Assembly: GCA_963718875.1 (NCBI GenBank)
Contig: OY970378.1
Span: forward strand, 4,396 to 68,395
Direction: 5' to 3'
Source: Candidatus Parcubacteria bacterium
GTDB lineage: Bacteria > Patescibacteriota > Saccharimonadia > UBA4664 > JBIOIQ01
DNA length: 64,000 bases
In this document: piece by piece, positions 1 through 9,916 of the stretch
How positions within the stretch are numbered: the first letter of the stretch is position 1
How the letters are laid out: each line of letters begins with the position of its first letter
The notes under the pieces: model-generated
Told to the model about the DNA's origin: nothing
The model's database searches: none
What the model saw: the letters and a program-made list of their open reading frames with translations, nothing else
Made by a program: the position numbers and the translations under genes

Positions 1-3000
1 GTGCGATTACTGTGGACATTAAAAGTTGGGCACTGGGTGTACGGCCATAAACCCTGTAGGAAATGGCCCCGGTAACGGCTGTCCAGCTTAGGTCGACTGA
101 ACCAGCACCTCCCCCGCCAGCAATAGAACAGCTGGCTTCGGCACCGGCCGTGGTTGTGCCTACGCCGTCGGAGGCGCCAATTTTATAGGCGTAGGTGCCA
201 TCGGCTAGGTTACCACCGCTGGTATTACATATTAGGGTTGGGGCAGCTGGCGCACCAGTTTCAATGGCGGCGGCATTGCCGGCTCCCAGAGTTAAGGCTT
301 GCTGAGGGCTGGATGTGCCAATGCCGATACGCCCGTTAAGAGTATCTGCTACGAATAAGCTGCTCGTACCGGTGGCATTTTGGATTTCGAAGGCGTTAGT
401 AGAGTTAACAGAGTTTTGGAATGATACCGGGGAGTTAATAACCCCGTTAAGTGAAATCGTACCAGGACCGTATGGCCTCACTCCGGCACCGGCGTCTATC
501 TGAACCCCATCGAGATAGATTGTCCTGGCAGCGGCTGTCGTCTGGCGGAAGTACAGGTATGGCGTACCAGAAGTAGCTGTCGTTGACATGGTACAGGCAT
601 AACGGGTCCATCCTGTCGTGGGAACAGTTGGCATTGGTTGGACACAATCAACCTCGGTAGCTCCGTCAGCGGCATAACCGAAAACGTAGTTTACTGCGCC
701 GGACTGATTTTTTAAAAAGGCGCTGAATGTGTATGTACCAGGAGTTAGGGTTATGTTTTGTTTTACCCCTTGACTATTGACAGCTGTAGTGGTCAACTGC
801 AAAGCCGCGTTACCGATGTATTGTTGGGTTGTGACGCGAGCAACCGTTGTTTCGGTGCCAATTTTTTTAAGCCAAGCGGACATATCGGTACCTTCAAAGC
901 TGGGGTTTGTTATCGTGTTGGTGTCGGTGGTATCAATGTTGATAGATTGAGCACCAATAGAGTTTGCTACCTGAAAAGCAGTAGTTGAGTTAGTAAACGT
1001 TTGCAGATTGAGCCCGGCATTATTTAGCACCGTAGCTGTAGCTCCGGCTTGTAATGTAATCGTGGTACCAGAGTGGGAGTTAGCAGCCGCGCCACCGGTA
1101 CCACCTATTTTAATGGTATTGGCAGAGTTGTTTGGAGTAGCAATGTTGACAGCATTCGTCCCCGTAGAAGTACCGACATTTGCGGTTTGTGCCGCTGTGC
1201 CTGTGCCAAGGTTAATTGTTGTTGCATTGGTACCAACCGTAACAGTACCAGAACCAACGGTGTCGAGGGTGAGAGTACCGGTACCAGATGTTTGGACCGT
1301 CAAATTCTGGTTGGTACCGCCCACTTGCCAAATGGAGGTAGCATTAGCAGTTATAGCAAGACCTGTGGCAGCGGGAGCAGCTAAGGTTGGTGTGACAAAC
1401 GACGTATCGGCAGTGCCGGTACCGGAGATATGGAAGTTACTTGATGCTTGCAAGCCACTTTGGTTAAAGATGTAGTTGGTGGAGCCAGCTGGGAGATCGG
1501 CGGCCAGAATGGCGCTGGAGACAAAGTTAGTGCCATTGCCGCGGAGGTAGTTGCCTGAGGCGGCAGCACCAGCAATCTGGTAGCCGGTTGAAACGTTGAG
1601 GACACCAGCAGCGGTTAGCGACGCTGACTGCGTGAAGGCCTGGTTATCGGCGGTAGCAGTAGGGGCATTTCCAAACAGGAAGCCACCTGCTAGGTTGCTT
1701 TTTAGGATAGAGCCGGCAATGCCACGAGTAAGGTATGTGTTGATGTTAGTACCCGCTTCGGCATTAAAGGCCAGGAATGGCGCACCGTCGTTAGATTGGG
1801 CTCCAATCGTGCTTCTGTATCCCGCCGTATTAGTGTGACCGAATTCTATGCTGTTGCCATTGGAGATGGCAGCTATGAGAGCGTTGGACACCGGAGTGGT
1901 GGCGCCAACTCTAACGTTACCGTTCCCGAGAACGGTTAAACGCTCGCCACCGGTTAAGGTGTAGGTTAGAGGGCTGGCGGTTGTTGAAAAAGCAACGGTG
2001 ACAGTTAGACTAGTGTTGCTGGGGATTGTAGCGATGGTGCGAACAGTTTCGCCTTGAACCGTAATAGTATCCCCGACTTTAAATGTGTTTAAAAACTCCG
2101 TATTTGTGCCGGTAAGGGTAATTGTAGCGTTTGTAGCAACCGTTCCCGGGCCGGCAGTGGGAGTTGCGACCTGAAAAATACCATTTGGGGTAGTTGTACC
2201 AATGCCAACGTTACCGCTATCGTGAGCAGTCAAAACCAAGTTGCCAGCAGCGCTAGTATAGAGTTGGCTTGCCTGATACTGGTCGGTCATATTGGTGGCG
2301 TTAAAGTTGTTGCCAACAAACAGCGGACCGTGGTTAATGCGCTTTAAGGTAATGTGGTCCATTTGGGTAGTGGCGCCAGTGGCGCCGTAGTTGATTAACC
2401 CCAGCACCCGAACGTACCTAGTATTTACTGGGAAGTTACCGGCTACGGTGCCTTCACCTGTGGTGGTAGCGCTAAGTTTGTGCCAGTTACCGTCGGCTGG
2501 TAAAACGTAACCCGAAGCAGCAAAGTAACAGTACGTTCCGCAGGGAGCCGTTGTAATGGCAGTCTTAGCAGCATTGTAAGCAATGTAGCCGAAGTACATT
2601 ACCCCTGGTGTACCGCCAGCAACTGTCTTTTTAAAGTACCCTTCAAGCTGCAGCACGTCTCTAGTAGGATCGACCGGGATGTAGTCATTACTGAGGACTG
2701 TCGCACTTTGCGTAGTTATTTCGGCCGCTTGGTCGCCAGAATAGCCTCCTGTGACGGAGGAGTTAATACCGCTCCACCCGTATGTCCCCTGCTCAAAGTC
2801 ACCATTTACCAGCAAATTGTTGGTAGCGGCATCGGCCAACAGGTAGCCGTTTTGGCTAGCTAAACCACCTGCCAATGAGAAGTTTTGACCAGTGGCTACA
2901 ACCGTGTCTTGGTTGAGGTTAATGACGCTGGCGTTGGTGGTGCCGATGTTGAGGGCAACGTTTGAGGCCGTATCGAGCAGCGGAGCTTGCAAAGCGGTGC

Positions 3001-6000
3001 TGGCGGTGTAGGTTGTACCGCCTGTCAGGGTGCCGCTAGTGGTTATGCCGGTGCTGGAAACACCAAAGTAGGTTGATCCTCCACCATTACTTTGGACCTC
3101 AAGTAGCCTTGCTCCAATTGGACTGGCGTTGTCCTGGACGGTAAGGGCACCGCGGGTTGCATCAACCACTATCTCGACAGCTGTGGGGGAGTTAGTATAG
3201 CCGGCTTGGAGGGTCGAGCCAGAACCGGTACCGGCACAGCTGCTCCAAATTGGGGCGGCGGAGTTTTGCCCAATCAAACATTGGCCGGTTGTACCTTGAG
3301 CCGTGACACCAAGCCCGCTGGTGGCGTTTCCATAAATGACGCCGTATTGAGTAAACGTGGTCTGGCCTGTGCCTCCATACCCAACGGCAATTGTGTTGCC
3401 GTTGTAGGTGACGTTTTGCAGCAAACCGGCGTTGGTAAGACGGGTGGTGCCTGCTGTGTTGATGTTGCCTGCTTGAACATTAAGGTTTCCAGTATTAACC
3501 ACTGTGCCATTAGTAGTGGAAACCGCCAAAAGATCGGTGCCGTTGTTTTGGACGGCAAACTTACTGGTAGAACCAGTGGCGATATTGACGGTAAAGTTGG
3601 AATCGGTGGTTTCATTGGTGAGAGTAACTGCTAAGTCACGGCCGGCAGTGTAGCCAGCGCTTGAGAGTGTATTGCCATTATCGTAGGCGGCCTGAAGCGT
3701 TGATCCGGATCCTGCACCGGAACAAGAGCCCCAAACTGGATTGCCGGCAGTTGATACCAGACATAGTCCGGCACTACCGGCCGCGGCCGTCATGCCTACT
3801 GCCGAGGTACCATTACCATACAAAATCCCATTTGCCGTAAGAGTAGCACGCCCGGTCCCACCTTGAGCCACATTAACGGCCGTAAAGCCGGTAGTAAGGG
3901 AGCCAGAGCTAAGCGCGCCCACTTGAGCAATGTTGGAGTAACTGACCCCCGTAGAAAAGCCGGCATTTTGGATTGTGCCGCTGCCGTTAATAATGGGCGT
4001 GGCGCCGGCCACCAAAATGGAGTTGTAGCCGGTTCCAACCGTTAAAGCGTTAAAGACGTTATTGGTGACGGTAGTGACGTTGGGTAGGTTTAAAGCATTG
4101 AGTATATTGGCGTTGGTGTTGGCGTTGGCTCCGCCCACAGGAGTAACAGACAGGCCATTGACGGTAGTAACCGTGGCGCTGGCATTGGTGTTGGTGACTG
4201 CTATATTGGCAGAGCTTGAGTTATTGGCTCCGGATGCCGAAACCGAAAAGTAGGTGTTCGTACCGGCGTTATTTTGGACTTCTAGCAAGGGGCTTGAGGT
4301 AATGGGAGTGCCATTGTCGCGAATTGTTAATGCTTTGTTGGTGTTGTCTAAGACAATCTCATTAACACCAGAGTTGGTGTAGGCACTTTGCAGCGTGTTT
4401 CCCGAACCGCTGCCGGAGCAAGCCTGCCAAGTTGGGGCAGCTGAGTTATTGCCCATAAGACATTGGCCAGTATTACCCACAGCGCTGACTTGCAAGGTGC
4501 TGGAGCCATTGCCCAGGAGTACCCCATACTGAGTAAACGTAGCGGCGCCAGTACCACCGTTTGTAACTCCAAGGGTTCCAGTAACAGCGGCTGATTGGGA
4601 GATATCAATAGACCCAAAAGCCGGTGCTCCCCCGACGCTGGGAACACGAAAGACCTGGTTGGCCGTACCGGCAGCTGTTACATTAAGCGCCGAGGCGTTA
4701 TTACCCAACAGTACTCCATTGAGTGTAAAGGTAGCCGCGCCCGTGCCTCCCCTAGCTACCCCCAAGGTACCAGCGGTAAGAATATTGGTATTGGCAGTGA
4801 CTGAGTTGGTGTTGTCGAGCGAAACGTTTTGCAGAATCCCAGTACTGCCAAGACGAATAGTGCCTCCGGTGAGAAGATTTCCATTAAGATTTAGCTCGGG
4901 TAGCGTCATCTCTTTGGTTACGTATATATCATCCCATTTATGAACTACGCCAGTGGTGCCTGAGCCTGTACGTAAGAAGATACGTAGAAAGGCGGCATCT
5001 GCTGGTGCGGTGGCGTTACCAGAAATTCTGGTCCATGTATCGGCGGTGGTTGAGCCAAACCCGGGATAGGTATTTGGGGTAATGGCTGAATCGGTACCAT
5101 TTTTTTGTTTCCAGTTGAACCTTAGTCCCCCTTGACCTGCTGAGGTGATAGATTTTATCCAGGCTTCGCCATACCATATTTCCCCGCCTTGGGTTGGAAT
5201 ATCAATTGAATGTTCGTAGTAAAAGTTGCCGGCAGTTGAAGTAGAGGTAACGGCGAAGTTACCGGTTCGGGTATCTGTAGACTCAAGTGCATAAGAGGCA
5301 CTATTTACCCATCCTTCGTCCTCGTTTCCAGTTTCAAAGCCTGGGTTATCGATGTAGTTATCGTAAGTTCCAACCCCTGTATTCATTATCTGAACTTGGC
5401 CACCTTGTAAGGTAATACCGGCTGACCCAGCGTCAATATTAACGGCCGTCGCCCCGGTAGTATTGCCTAACGTAATTGTTTTGGCGTTAGCACTCGTGCC
5501 AATATTGAGAGCGCCGACGGTGCCGGAGTCGACTGTCAATATTGTGCCAGCTCCGGAAGCGAGCGTTACGGCCCCGGTGCCTGTGATATTGGTACCAACT
5601 CCGGTAATACTCCCGGCGTTAGTAATACCGGTGGAGTTAACGTCGATTCCACCAGCCGATACGGTGAGGCCACCAGTATTAACTACCGTTCCGCCAGCCG
5701 TTGTAACCCGCAAAAGATCGGTGCCATTGTTTTGGACGGCAAATTTGCCGGTAGAGCTAGTGGCAATATTTACTAAAAAGTTAGAGTCAGTAGCGGTATT
5801 AACCAATGTAATGCTAACGTCCTTAGCATCGGTAGTCGCAATAGTATTGCCGTTATCGTAAGCTGCTTGCAAAGTTGAGCCAGATCCAACTCCAGAGCAG
5901 GTTTGAAATGTCGGAGCAAAGCCGACCCCATTTGAGACTAAACATTGGCCGTCTGTTCCGACAGTCGTTGTTGCAAGGGTTGTAGAGTTACTAGCATAAG

Positions 6001-7498
6001 CCACCCCATTGACGGCAAAGCCACTCCCAAGAGTAAGAGTGCCAGAGTTGTCGGGCAGGGTCATGATTCTGGTTCCACTAGTGGAGGCCCCTGTAAAGCG
6101 GAAGTTGTTAGTGCCGGGGGTCCCGGACGTACCGGAAATAAACAGCTCGCCAAATGGTAAAGTAGCCGAACCTATATTAACGGCGCCGGCCGTGCCCGGT
6201 AATAGCGAGGTATTAATAGCTACGCTAGCTAGGTTAGAAAGGGCGGTGTTGGCTCCCCCGCCGCCGGCCCCAGCACAAGAGCCAAAAGCCAGGGTCCCGG
6301 CGTTGTCGGTGGTGGTAACACATTGACCCGTGCTACCTACTGCAGTAGGTAGCGTTAGGTTAAAAGTACTGGCGGTGGCACCGCTTTGGAGCGTAACCGT
6401 GTTGGAGTTGGCGCCGTTAAAAAACCTGACGGAACCGAGTCTTCCAGCGCTGGAAGCACCGAGGGTTAAGGAGGCAGAGGTAGGAATGGTAACACCGATG
6501 GCGCCGTGACCAATGTTGATGGCGGACGCATTGGTGGTACCAATGTTTATTACACCGGTGGTTCCAGTAGCAGTACCGGAGTCGACCGTAATATTGCCAG
6601 AATTTGAAGTTGTGCCACTAGCATTGCCGCTTTGTAGCGTCAGGACGTTGGAATGGGTGCTGGCGGCGTTGGTAGGAGCGGTTTGCAAAACGCCATTGAT
6701 AGAGATATTTCCAGTGCTGCCGTCAACGTTTAAAGCCGTAATGGTGCCACCGGCGTTTTGGATCCTAAAAGCGGTAGCGCTAGAGTTTTGGAATAGATTG
6801 GTACCACTAAAGGTTTGGTTGGCGGCTAGTTGGCCAAACTGGCTAGCGGTAAGCCCGCCGAGCTGACCCGCGTTTTGGGCATACGGGGAGGCTGTAAAGC
6901 GGATCATGGGTAGCATTTCCCCGTCCGGCGAACAGTTGGCAAACACGTTGGTGGCGCCACAATTGGTGGTGTTGCCCAAGTTGATCGATAGCCAAATGGT
7001 GTCGTTATTCCAAATATTGGTTGGTAGCGGGTTGCCGCCTTGGGCACCAAGGTTTACTTGAAAAATACCGCTACTTACGGAAATGGAGGTGGAGTTGTTG
7101 ACCAAGTGATCTTCGGTAAAAACTAAAGTTCCACCGGGGTTGCCAGCACTGGTTCCGGCTCCATCGGTGTAGAGCTTAAACTGAACATTATAGTTGCCGT
7201 CGGTAATATTGGTGCCATTAACATTGACTAGCTTGCCCTGAAAGTTAACTTGGGAATTAATGCCGACCGCAGCATTGGCTTGCGGCAAACTCCAAGACAC
7301 AAGAAACAAGTTACAAACAATAGCCAATATCCAAGCACCAAGTGCCCAATGTTTGTGAGTTGTGTGTTGTGTGTTGTGTGTTGTGTGGCGATTGTGTCTT
7401 GCTGGTTTCTTACCAAAAAACTTAGTTTTTCGAGTACGCAAAAGCAGTGTGGCTTGTATTTGAAGCGATAGAGGTACGAGTAAAAATACCCATATCAC
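1..7498 (-). CDS. Giant secreted fibre/adhesin-like protein (>2,400 aa), 3' end outside window
   Basis: Read in one minus frame at both ends (N-term ...LPQANAAVGINSQVNFQGKLVNVNGTNITDGNYNVQFKLY...; at base 2 ...VDLSWTAVTGAISYRVYGRTP). The track lists no terminated ORF in this frame, consistent with no stop before the edge. TLQ(A/S)(A/G)Y repeats, GGTG repeats, GNVGIGT motif, three N(P/G)xFExG CBM-like modules. Start uncertain (GTG 7528/7498, TTG 7441). Confidence 0.88.
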   Translation of the reverse strand, partial: MIWVFLLVPLSLQIQATLLLRTRKTKFFGKKPARHNRHTTHNTQHTTHKHWALGAWILAIVCNLFLVSWSLPQANAAVGINSQVNFQGKLVNVNGTNITDGNYNVQFKLYTDGAGTSAGNPGGTLVFTEDHLVNNSTSISVSSGIFQVNLGAQGGNPLPTNIWNNDTIWLSINLGNTTNCGATNVFANCSPDGEMLPMIRFTASPYAQNAGQLGGLTASQFGQLAANQTFSGTNLFQNSSATAFRIQNAGGTITALNVDGSTGNISINGVLQTAPTNAASTHSNVLTLQSGNASGTTSNSGNITVDSGTATGTTGVINIGTTNASAINIGHGAIGVTIPTSASLTLGASSAGRLGSVRFFNGANSNTVTLQSGATASTFNLTLPTAVGSTGQCVTTTDNAGTLAFGSCAGAGGGGANTALSNLASVAINTSLLPGTAGAVNIGSATLPFGELFISGTSGTPGTNNFRFTGASTSGTRIMTLPDNSGTLTLGSGFAVNGVAYASNSTTLATTTVGTDGQCLVSNGVGFAPTFQTCSGVGSGSTLQAAYDNGNTIATTDAKDVSITLVNTATDSNFLVNIATSSTGKFAVQNNGTDLLRVTTAGGTVVNTGGLTVSAGGIDVNSTGITNAGSITGVGTNITGTGAVTLASGAGTILTVDSGTVGALNIGTSANAKTITLGNTTGATAVNIDAGSAGITLQGGQVQIMNTGVGTYDNYIDNPGFETGNEDEGWVNSASYALESTDTRTGNFAVTSTSTAGNFYYEHSIDIPTQGGEIWYGEAWIKSITSAGQGGLRFNWKQKNGTDSAITPNTYPGFGSTTADTWTRISGNATAPADAAFLRIFLRTGSGTTGVVHKWDDIYVTKEMTLPELNLNGNLLTGGTIRLGSTGILQNVSLDNTNSVTANTNILTAGTLGVARGGTGAATFTLNGVLLGNNASALNVTAAGTANQVFRVPSVGGAPAFGSIDISQSAAVTGTLGVTNGGTGAATFTQYGVLLGNGSSTLQVSAVGNTGQCLMGNNSAAPTWQACSGSGSGNTLQSAYTNSGVNEIVLDNTNKALTIRDNGTPITSSPLLEVQNNAGTNTYFSVSASGANNSSSANIAVTNTNASATVTTVNGLSVTPVGGANANTNANILNALNLPNVTTVTNNVFNALTVGTGYNSILVAGATPIINGSGTIQNAGFSTGVSYSNIAQVGALSSGSLTTGFTAVNVAQGGTGRATLTANGILYGNGTSAVGMTAAAGSAGLCLVSTAGNPVWGSCSGAGSGSTLQAAYDNGNTLSSAGYTAGRDLAVTLTNETTDSNFTVNIATGSTSKFAVQNNGTDLLAVSTTNGTVVNTGNLNVQAGNINTAGTTRLTNAGLLQNVTYNGNTIAVGYGGTGQTTFTQYGVIYGNATSGLGVTAQGTTGQCLIGQNSAAPIWSSCAGTGSGSTLQAGYTNSPTAVEIVVDATRGALTVQDNASPIGARLLEVQSNGGGSTYFGVSSTGITTSGTLTGGTTYTASTALQAPLLDTASNVALNIGTTNASVINLNQDTVVATGQNFSLAGGLASQNGYLLADAATNNLLVNGDFEQGTYGWSGINSSVTGGYSGDQAAEITTQSATVLSNDYIPVDPTRDVLQLEGYFKKTVAGGTPGVMYFGYIAYNAAKTAITTAPCGTYCYFAASGYVLPADGNWHKLSATTTGEGTVAGNFPVNTRYVRVLGLINYGATGATTQMDHITLKRINHGPLFVGNNFNATNMTDQYQASQLYTSAAGNLVLTAHDSGNVGIGTTTPNGIFQVATPTAGPGTVATNATITLTGTNTEFLNTFKVGDTITVQGETVRTIATIPSNTSLTVTVAFSTTASPLTYTLTGGERLTVLGNGNVRVGATTPVSNALIAAISNGNSIEFGHTNTAGYRSTIGAQSNDGAPFLAFNAEAGTNINTYLTRGIAGSILKSNLAGGFLFGNAPTATADNQAFTQSASLTAAGVLNVSTGYQIAGAAASGNYLRGNGTNFVSSAILAADLPAGSTNYIFNQSGLQASSNFHISGTGTADTSFVTPTLAAPAATGLAITANATSIWQVGGTNQNLTVQTSGTGTLTLDTVGSGTVTVGTNATTINLGTGTAAQTANVGTSTGTNAVNIATPNNSANTIKIGGTGGAAANSHSGTTITLQAGATATVLNNAGLNLQTFTNSTTAFQVANSIGAQSINIDTTDTNTITNPSFEGTDMSAWLKKIGTETTVARVTTQQYIGNAALQLTTTAVNSQGVKQNITLTPGTYTFSAFLKNQSGAVNYVFGYAADGATEVDCVQPMPTVPTTGWTRYACTMSTTATSGTPYLYFRQTTAAARTIYLDGVQIDAGAGVRPYGPGTISLNGVINSPVSFQNSVNSTNAFEIQNATGTSSLFVADTLNGRIGIGTSSPQQALTLGAGNAAAIETGAPAAPTLICNTSGGNLADGTYAYKIGASDGVGTTTAGAEASCSIAGGGGAGSVDLSWTAVTGAISYRVYGRTPSAQLLMSTVIA
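7353..7387. repeat. Heptamer tandem repeat (TTGTGTG)x4 plus one variant, within the 5' end of the giant gene
   Basis: ttgtgag ttgtgtg ttgtgtg ttgtgtg ttgtgtg; degenerate 7-mer periodicity continues to ~7290. Confidence 0.9.
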
Positions 7499-7720
7499 GC
7501 TCTGTAACTTCACTCTCACAAGCACCACACGTTACAGGTGTGATTATATCAAAATGGTTATGCTAATGCAAGTCCTCTGAGTACAATCGGTAAATTGAAA
7601 AGCGATTGACATAGTCACCTTGACGTGCTATGGTATATAGGTTTTTGGGCTGATTATTCGACAATTTTTCTTGTAGCTTGATGCGCCAGCACGGCGCATC
7701 CCGATCGAAGGGATTACAGT

Positions 7721-7867
7721 ATGTTCGCCCCAATCTTTCTCATCTTTCTTCTGACAGGCTGCGTGTTATGTATAGTGGCCATGGCCCGAAAGAATCACCG
7801 CCCCGACCCTATCCAGCCTCTCGCTCTGAGCGGTCAAGTCCTAGTAAACGAGTATTGCCCTGATTAG
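7721..7867 (+). CDS. Small single-TM protein (48 aa, MFAPIFLIFLLTGCVLCIVAMARKNHRP...)
   Basis: AAGGGA upstream of ATG; TTGACA-17-TATGGT near 7606-7634; downstream hairpin with T-run. Confidence 0.5.
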   Translation: MFAPIFLIFLLTGCVLCIVAMARKNHRPDPIQPLALSGQVLVNEYCPD

Positions 7868-7906
7868 AGCCTTGCCCACACGAAGAACAGCGGATCCACT
7901 CAACTC

Positions 7907-7943
7907 GGCCCCGAGGCTACCAAGCATCGGGGCTGCATTTTTA
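7907..7943 (+). terminator. Rho-independent terminator between convergent genes
   Basis: cggccccga...tcggggctg followed by a T-run. Confidence 0.65.
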
Positions 7944-7944
7944 T

Positions 7945-8889
7945 TTAATCGCTCTTTTGATGCTTTTGCCTTAATTGTCTTTTGTAAATAAATACCCCCA
8001 AAGATGTAACAACAGTAAGACCTAATATAATCGCAGCAAGTAAAATAAGGGCTCCTCTTGGAATGTAGTAGAGGCTTGTCTTATAGGTAGTAAAGTTATC
8101 TCGGCCATCATAACGATACTGAACGACTAGCTGGTATTTACCAGGAGCGGATATGCGCCGAGTCGTCATTAGGGGAACAGTAAAACGGCGAAAAGAATCT
8201 GGCAGAATCCGCGATGACTCCTCATTAATGGCGGCCCGAGCCACCTCGCGACCACGCGGATCAAGTAAACGAATAACTCCTCGAGGAACGACATCTATAT
8301 TGCCCTTATTATGAAACCGCGCTTTCAAAGACAACGTTTGCCACCAGTCGGTGGCGGGCTGAACGCTATCTAGCTTGAGGTCATATTTTTCGCCGCCGAT
8401 TTTATTTACAAACAGCAAGGTGGAGAGCACGGATTGGACAATTACCTTGTCTTTGGAGGCAGCTGCTGTAGGCTGTTCCCCTAGCAAGATGGCACCGTAA
8501 TGTCCTCCGGGAGTCAAAGACGGCTGATTATTAATGCTAGCCCGCATGGTTTTAACTTCGCCGGGTCGTAAAGTCACAGTACTATCACTTAGCGTGAGCC
8601 AATTTACTAACCCATGGGGGCGAATTTGACCAGGTGTGCTAGCCAAGAAAGCTACCCCTCCTGATTCGTCTAGACTACCGAAGTCGCTGGTAGATAAAGT
8701 AAAAGTTTTAGTTTGCGACGGGTCATTGTTGGTTACAGAATAGCTAAAATCGGCTGTCTGCTGGTCTTTGGTTATGGTTATGTTTTGAAATGGAGGTGAA
8801 ATTGTCACTCCCTCGGCGGCAAAAGCATTGTTTTTAACTACGCAAAGTGCAATGACAACAGTGAAGGCTACAAACAACCATCGTCGCAT
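7945..8889 (-). CDS. DUF916/DUF3324 (WxL-interacting)-like cell-surface protein
   Basis: Signal peptide, ISPP...VTN N-terminal beta-sandwich, PGGHYGAIL, F.NKGN..V.P.G second domain, C-terminal TM with basic tail; start set at MRRWLF. Confidence 0.75.
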   Translation of the reverse strand: MRRWLFVAFTVVIALCVVKNNAFAAEGVTISPPFQNITITKDQQTADFSYSVTNNDPSQTKTFTLSTSDFGSLDESGGVAFLASTPGQIRPHGLVNWLTLSDSTVTLRPGEVKTMRASINNQPSLTPGGHYGAILLGEQPTAAASKDKVIVQSVLSTLLFVNKIGGEKYDLKLDSVQPATDWWQTLSLKARFHNKGNIDVVPRGVIRLLDPRGREVARAAINEESSRILPDSFRRFTVPLMTTRRISAPGKYQLVVQYRYDGRDNFTTYKTSLYYIPRGALILLAAIILGLTVVTSLGVFIYKRQLRQKHQKSD

Positions 8890-8890
8890 T

Positions 8891-9916
8891 TTATCGCCTC
8901 CGGGGTAACAACTTACGGATAATTTTTTTAACAGTCGACTGCAACCCAATGATCATAAAAATACTTACGAATACAAGAACTCCAATCACCCGCCACGGCA
9001 CCACCCAAAAGCTAACGCTGCCGGTAAGAGGGATGTCTCTGGTGCCGTCATTGTAGGCCATGGTAAAGCTGGCGGTGTACTTACCAAAACGGAGCTTGGG
9101 AACTTGGGTAAAGTCCCACTTAAGGGTCATTTCCGGTTGGTTGTTTTTAATGATGGGTTTACCATCTTGGAGCTTAGGGACATAGACAGGAAAGCCATCT
9201 TTCCAGGCGGCAGTGTAAATACGGTTGGAGTTGGGCAGGATATTGCCCCCCGAATCATTAACGTCAATGGTGGAAACAGGTTTCTTGCCTTTGGTAATGA
9301 AAATGTTACCTTTGGGAACTACGTGAATATTACCAGCATTACGGAGCTTAATGTTAAAAGTAGCCGGTAGGAACTCGTAGAACTTGTGGTCGGCAGTAAA
9401 GCTGACAGGGGTAAGTTGGCGCTTAGTGTTAGGAGAGTTAACTGCTAGCAACACTAGGGTGGCACTGGAACCGGCCACTACAGCTTCGGCGCCGGTAGGC
9501 TTAATGTCTTCCGCTCGGGAAAAAGTAGCAGCCAGGTAGTAGCCAAAGGCAGCTGTTTTAGGAATAGCGATGGTCATCTTGATGGTTTTCCACTCTCCTG
9601 GTGGAGCGTCAAACACGCTGGGGCTAAATTTAACCCAGTCAAAATAGCTGTCCGCAGCCTGGCGGTCACTTAAAACTGGTGAGCCGTCCTCACCCTGGGC
9701 GCCAAACTTAATTAAGCCAACTTTTAGACGTTCGGGAGCAGTGCCATTGTTTTTAACCCGCAAGTCGGCAGTGACAGTAGTGCCAGGATTGGCGGTTAGG
9801 TTAATGGGGAGAGGTGAAGTAGCGATGGAGAGTGGTTGTCCGGCGGCGGTGAGCGGGAGAGGGATAAAAAGGAGGGACAGGGCAATTAAAAAAAGCGAGT
9901 GTGCCAGCTTCGTCAT
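8891..9916 (-). CDS. DUF916/DUF3324-like cell-surface protein, copy 2
   Basis: Same architecture; ATG 9916 overlaps upstream TGA (ATGA coupling); core protein identical to 9913-10950. Confidence 0.78.
   Translation of the reverse strand: MTKLAHSLFLIALSLLFIPLPLTAAGQPLSIATSPLPINLTANPGTTVTADLRVKNNGTAPERLKVGLIKFGAQGEDGSPVLSDRQAADSYFDWVKFSPSVFDAPPGEWKTIKMTIAIPKTAAFGYYLAATFSRAEDIKPTGAEAVVAGSSATLVLLAVNSPNTKRQLTPVSFTADHKFYEFLPATFNIKLRNAGNIHVVPKGNIFITKGKKPVSTIDVNDSGGNILPNSNRIYTAAWKDGFPVYVPKLQDGKPIIKNNQPEMTLKWDFTQVPKLRFGKYTASFTMAYNDGTRDIPLTGSVSFWVVPWRVIGVLVFVSIFMIIGLQSTVKKIIRKLLPRRR

Noticed and set aside
154-7471. About 25 short ORFs listed in the track
   Set aside because: Antisense or off-frame shadows of the single giant minus-strand gene.
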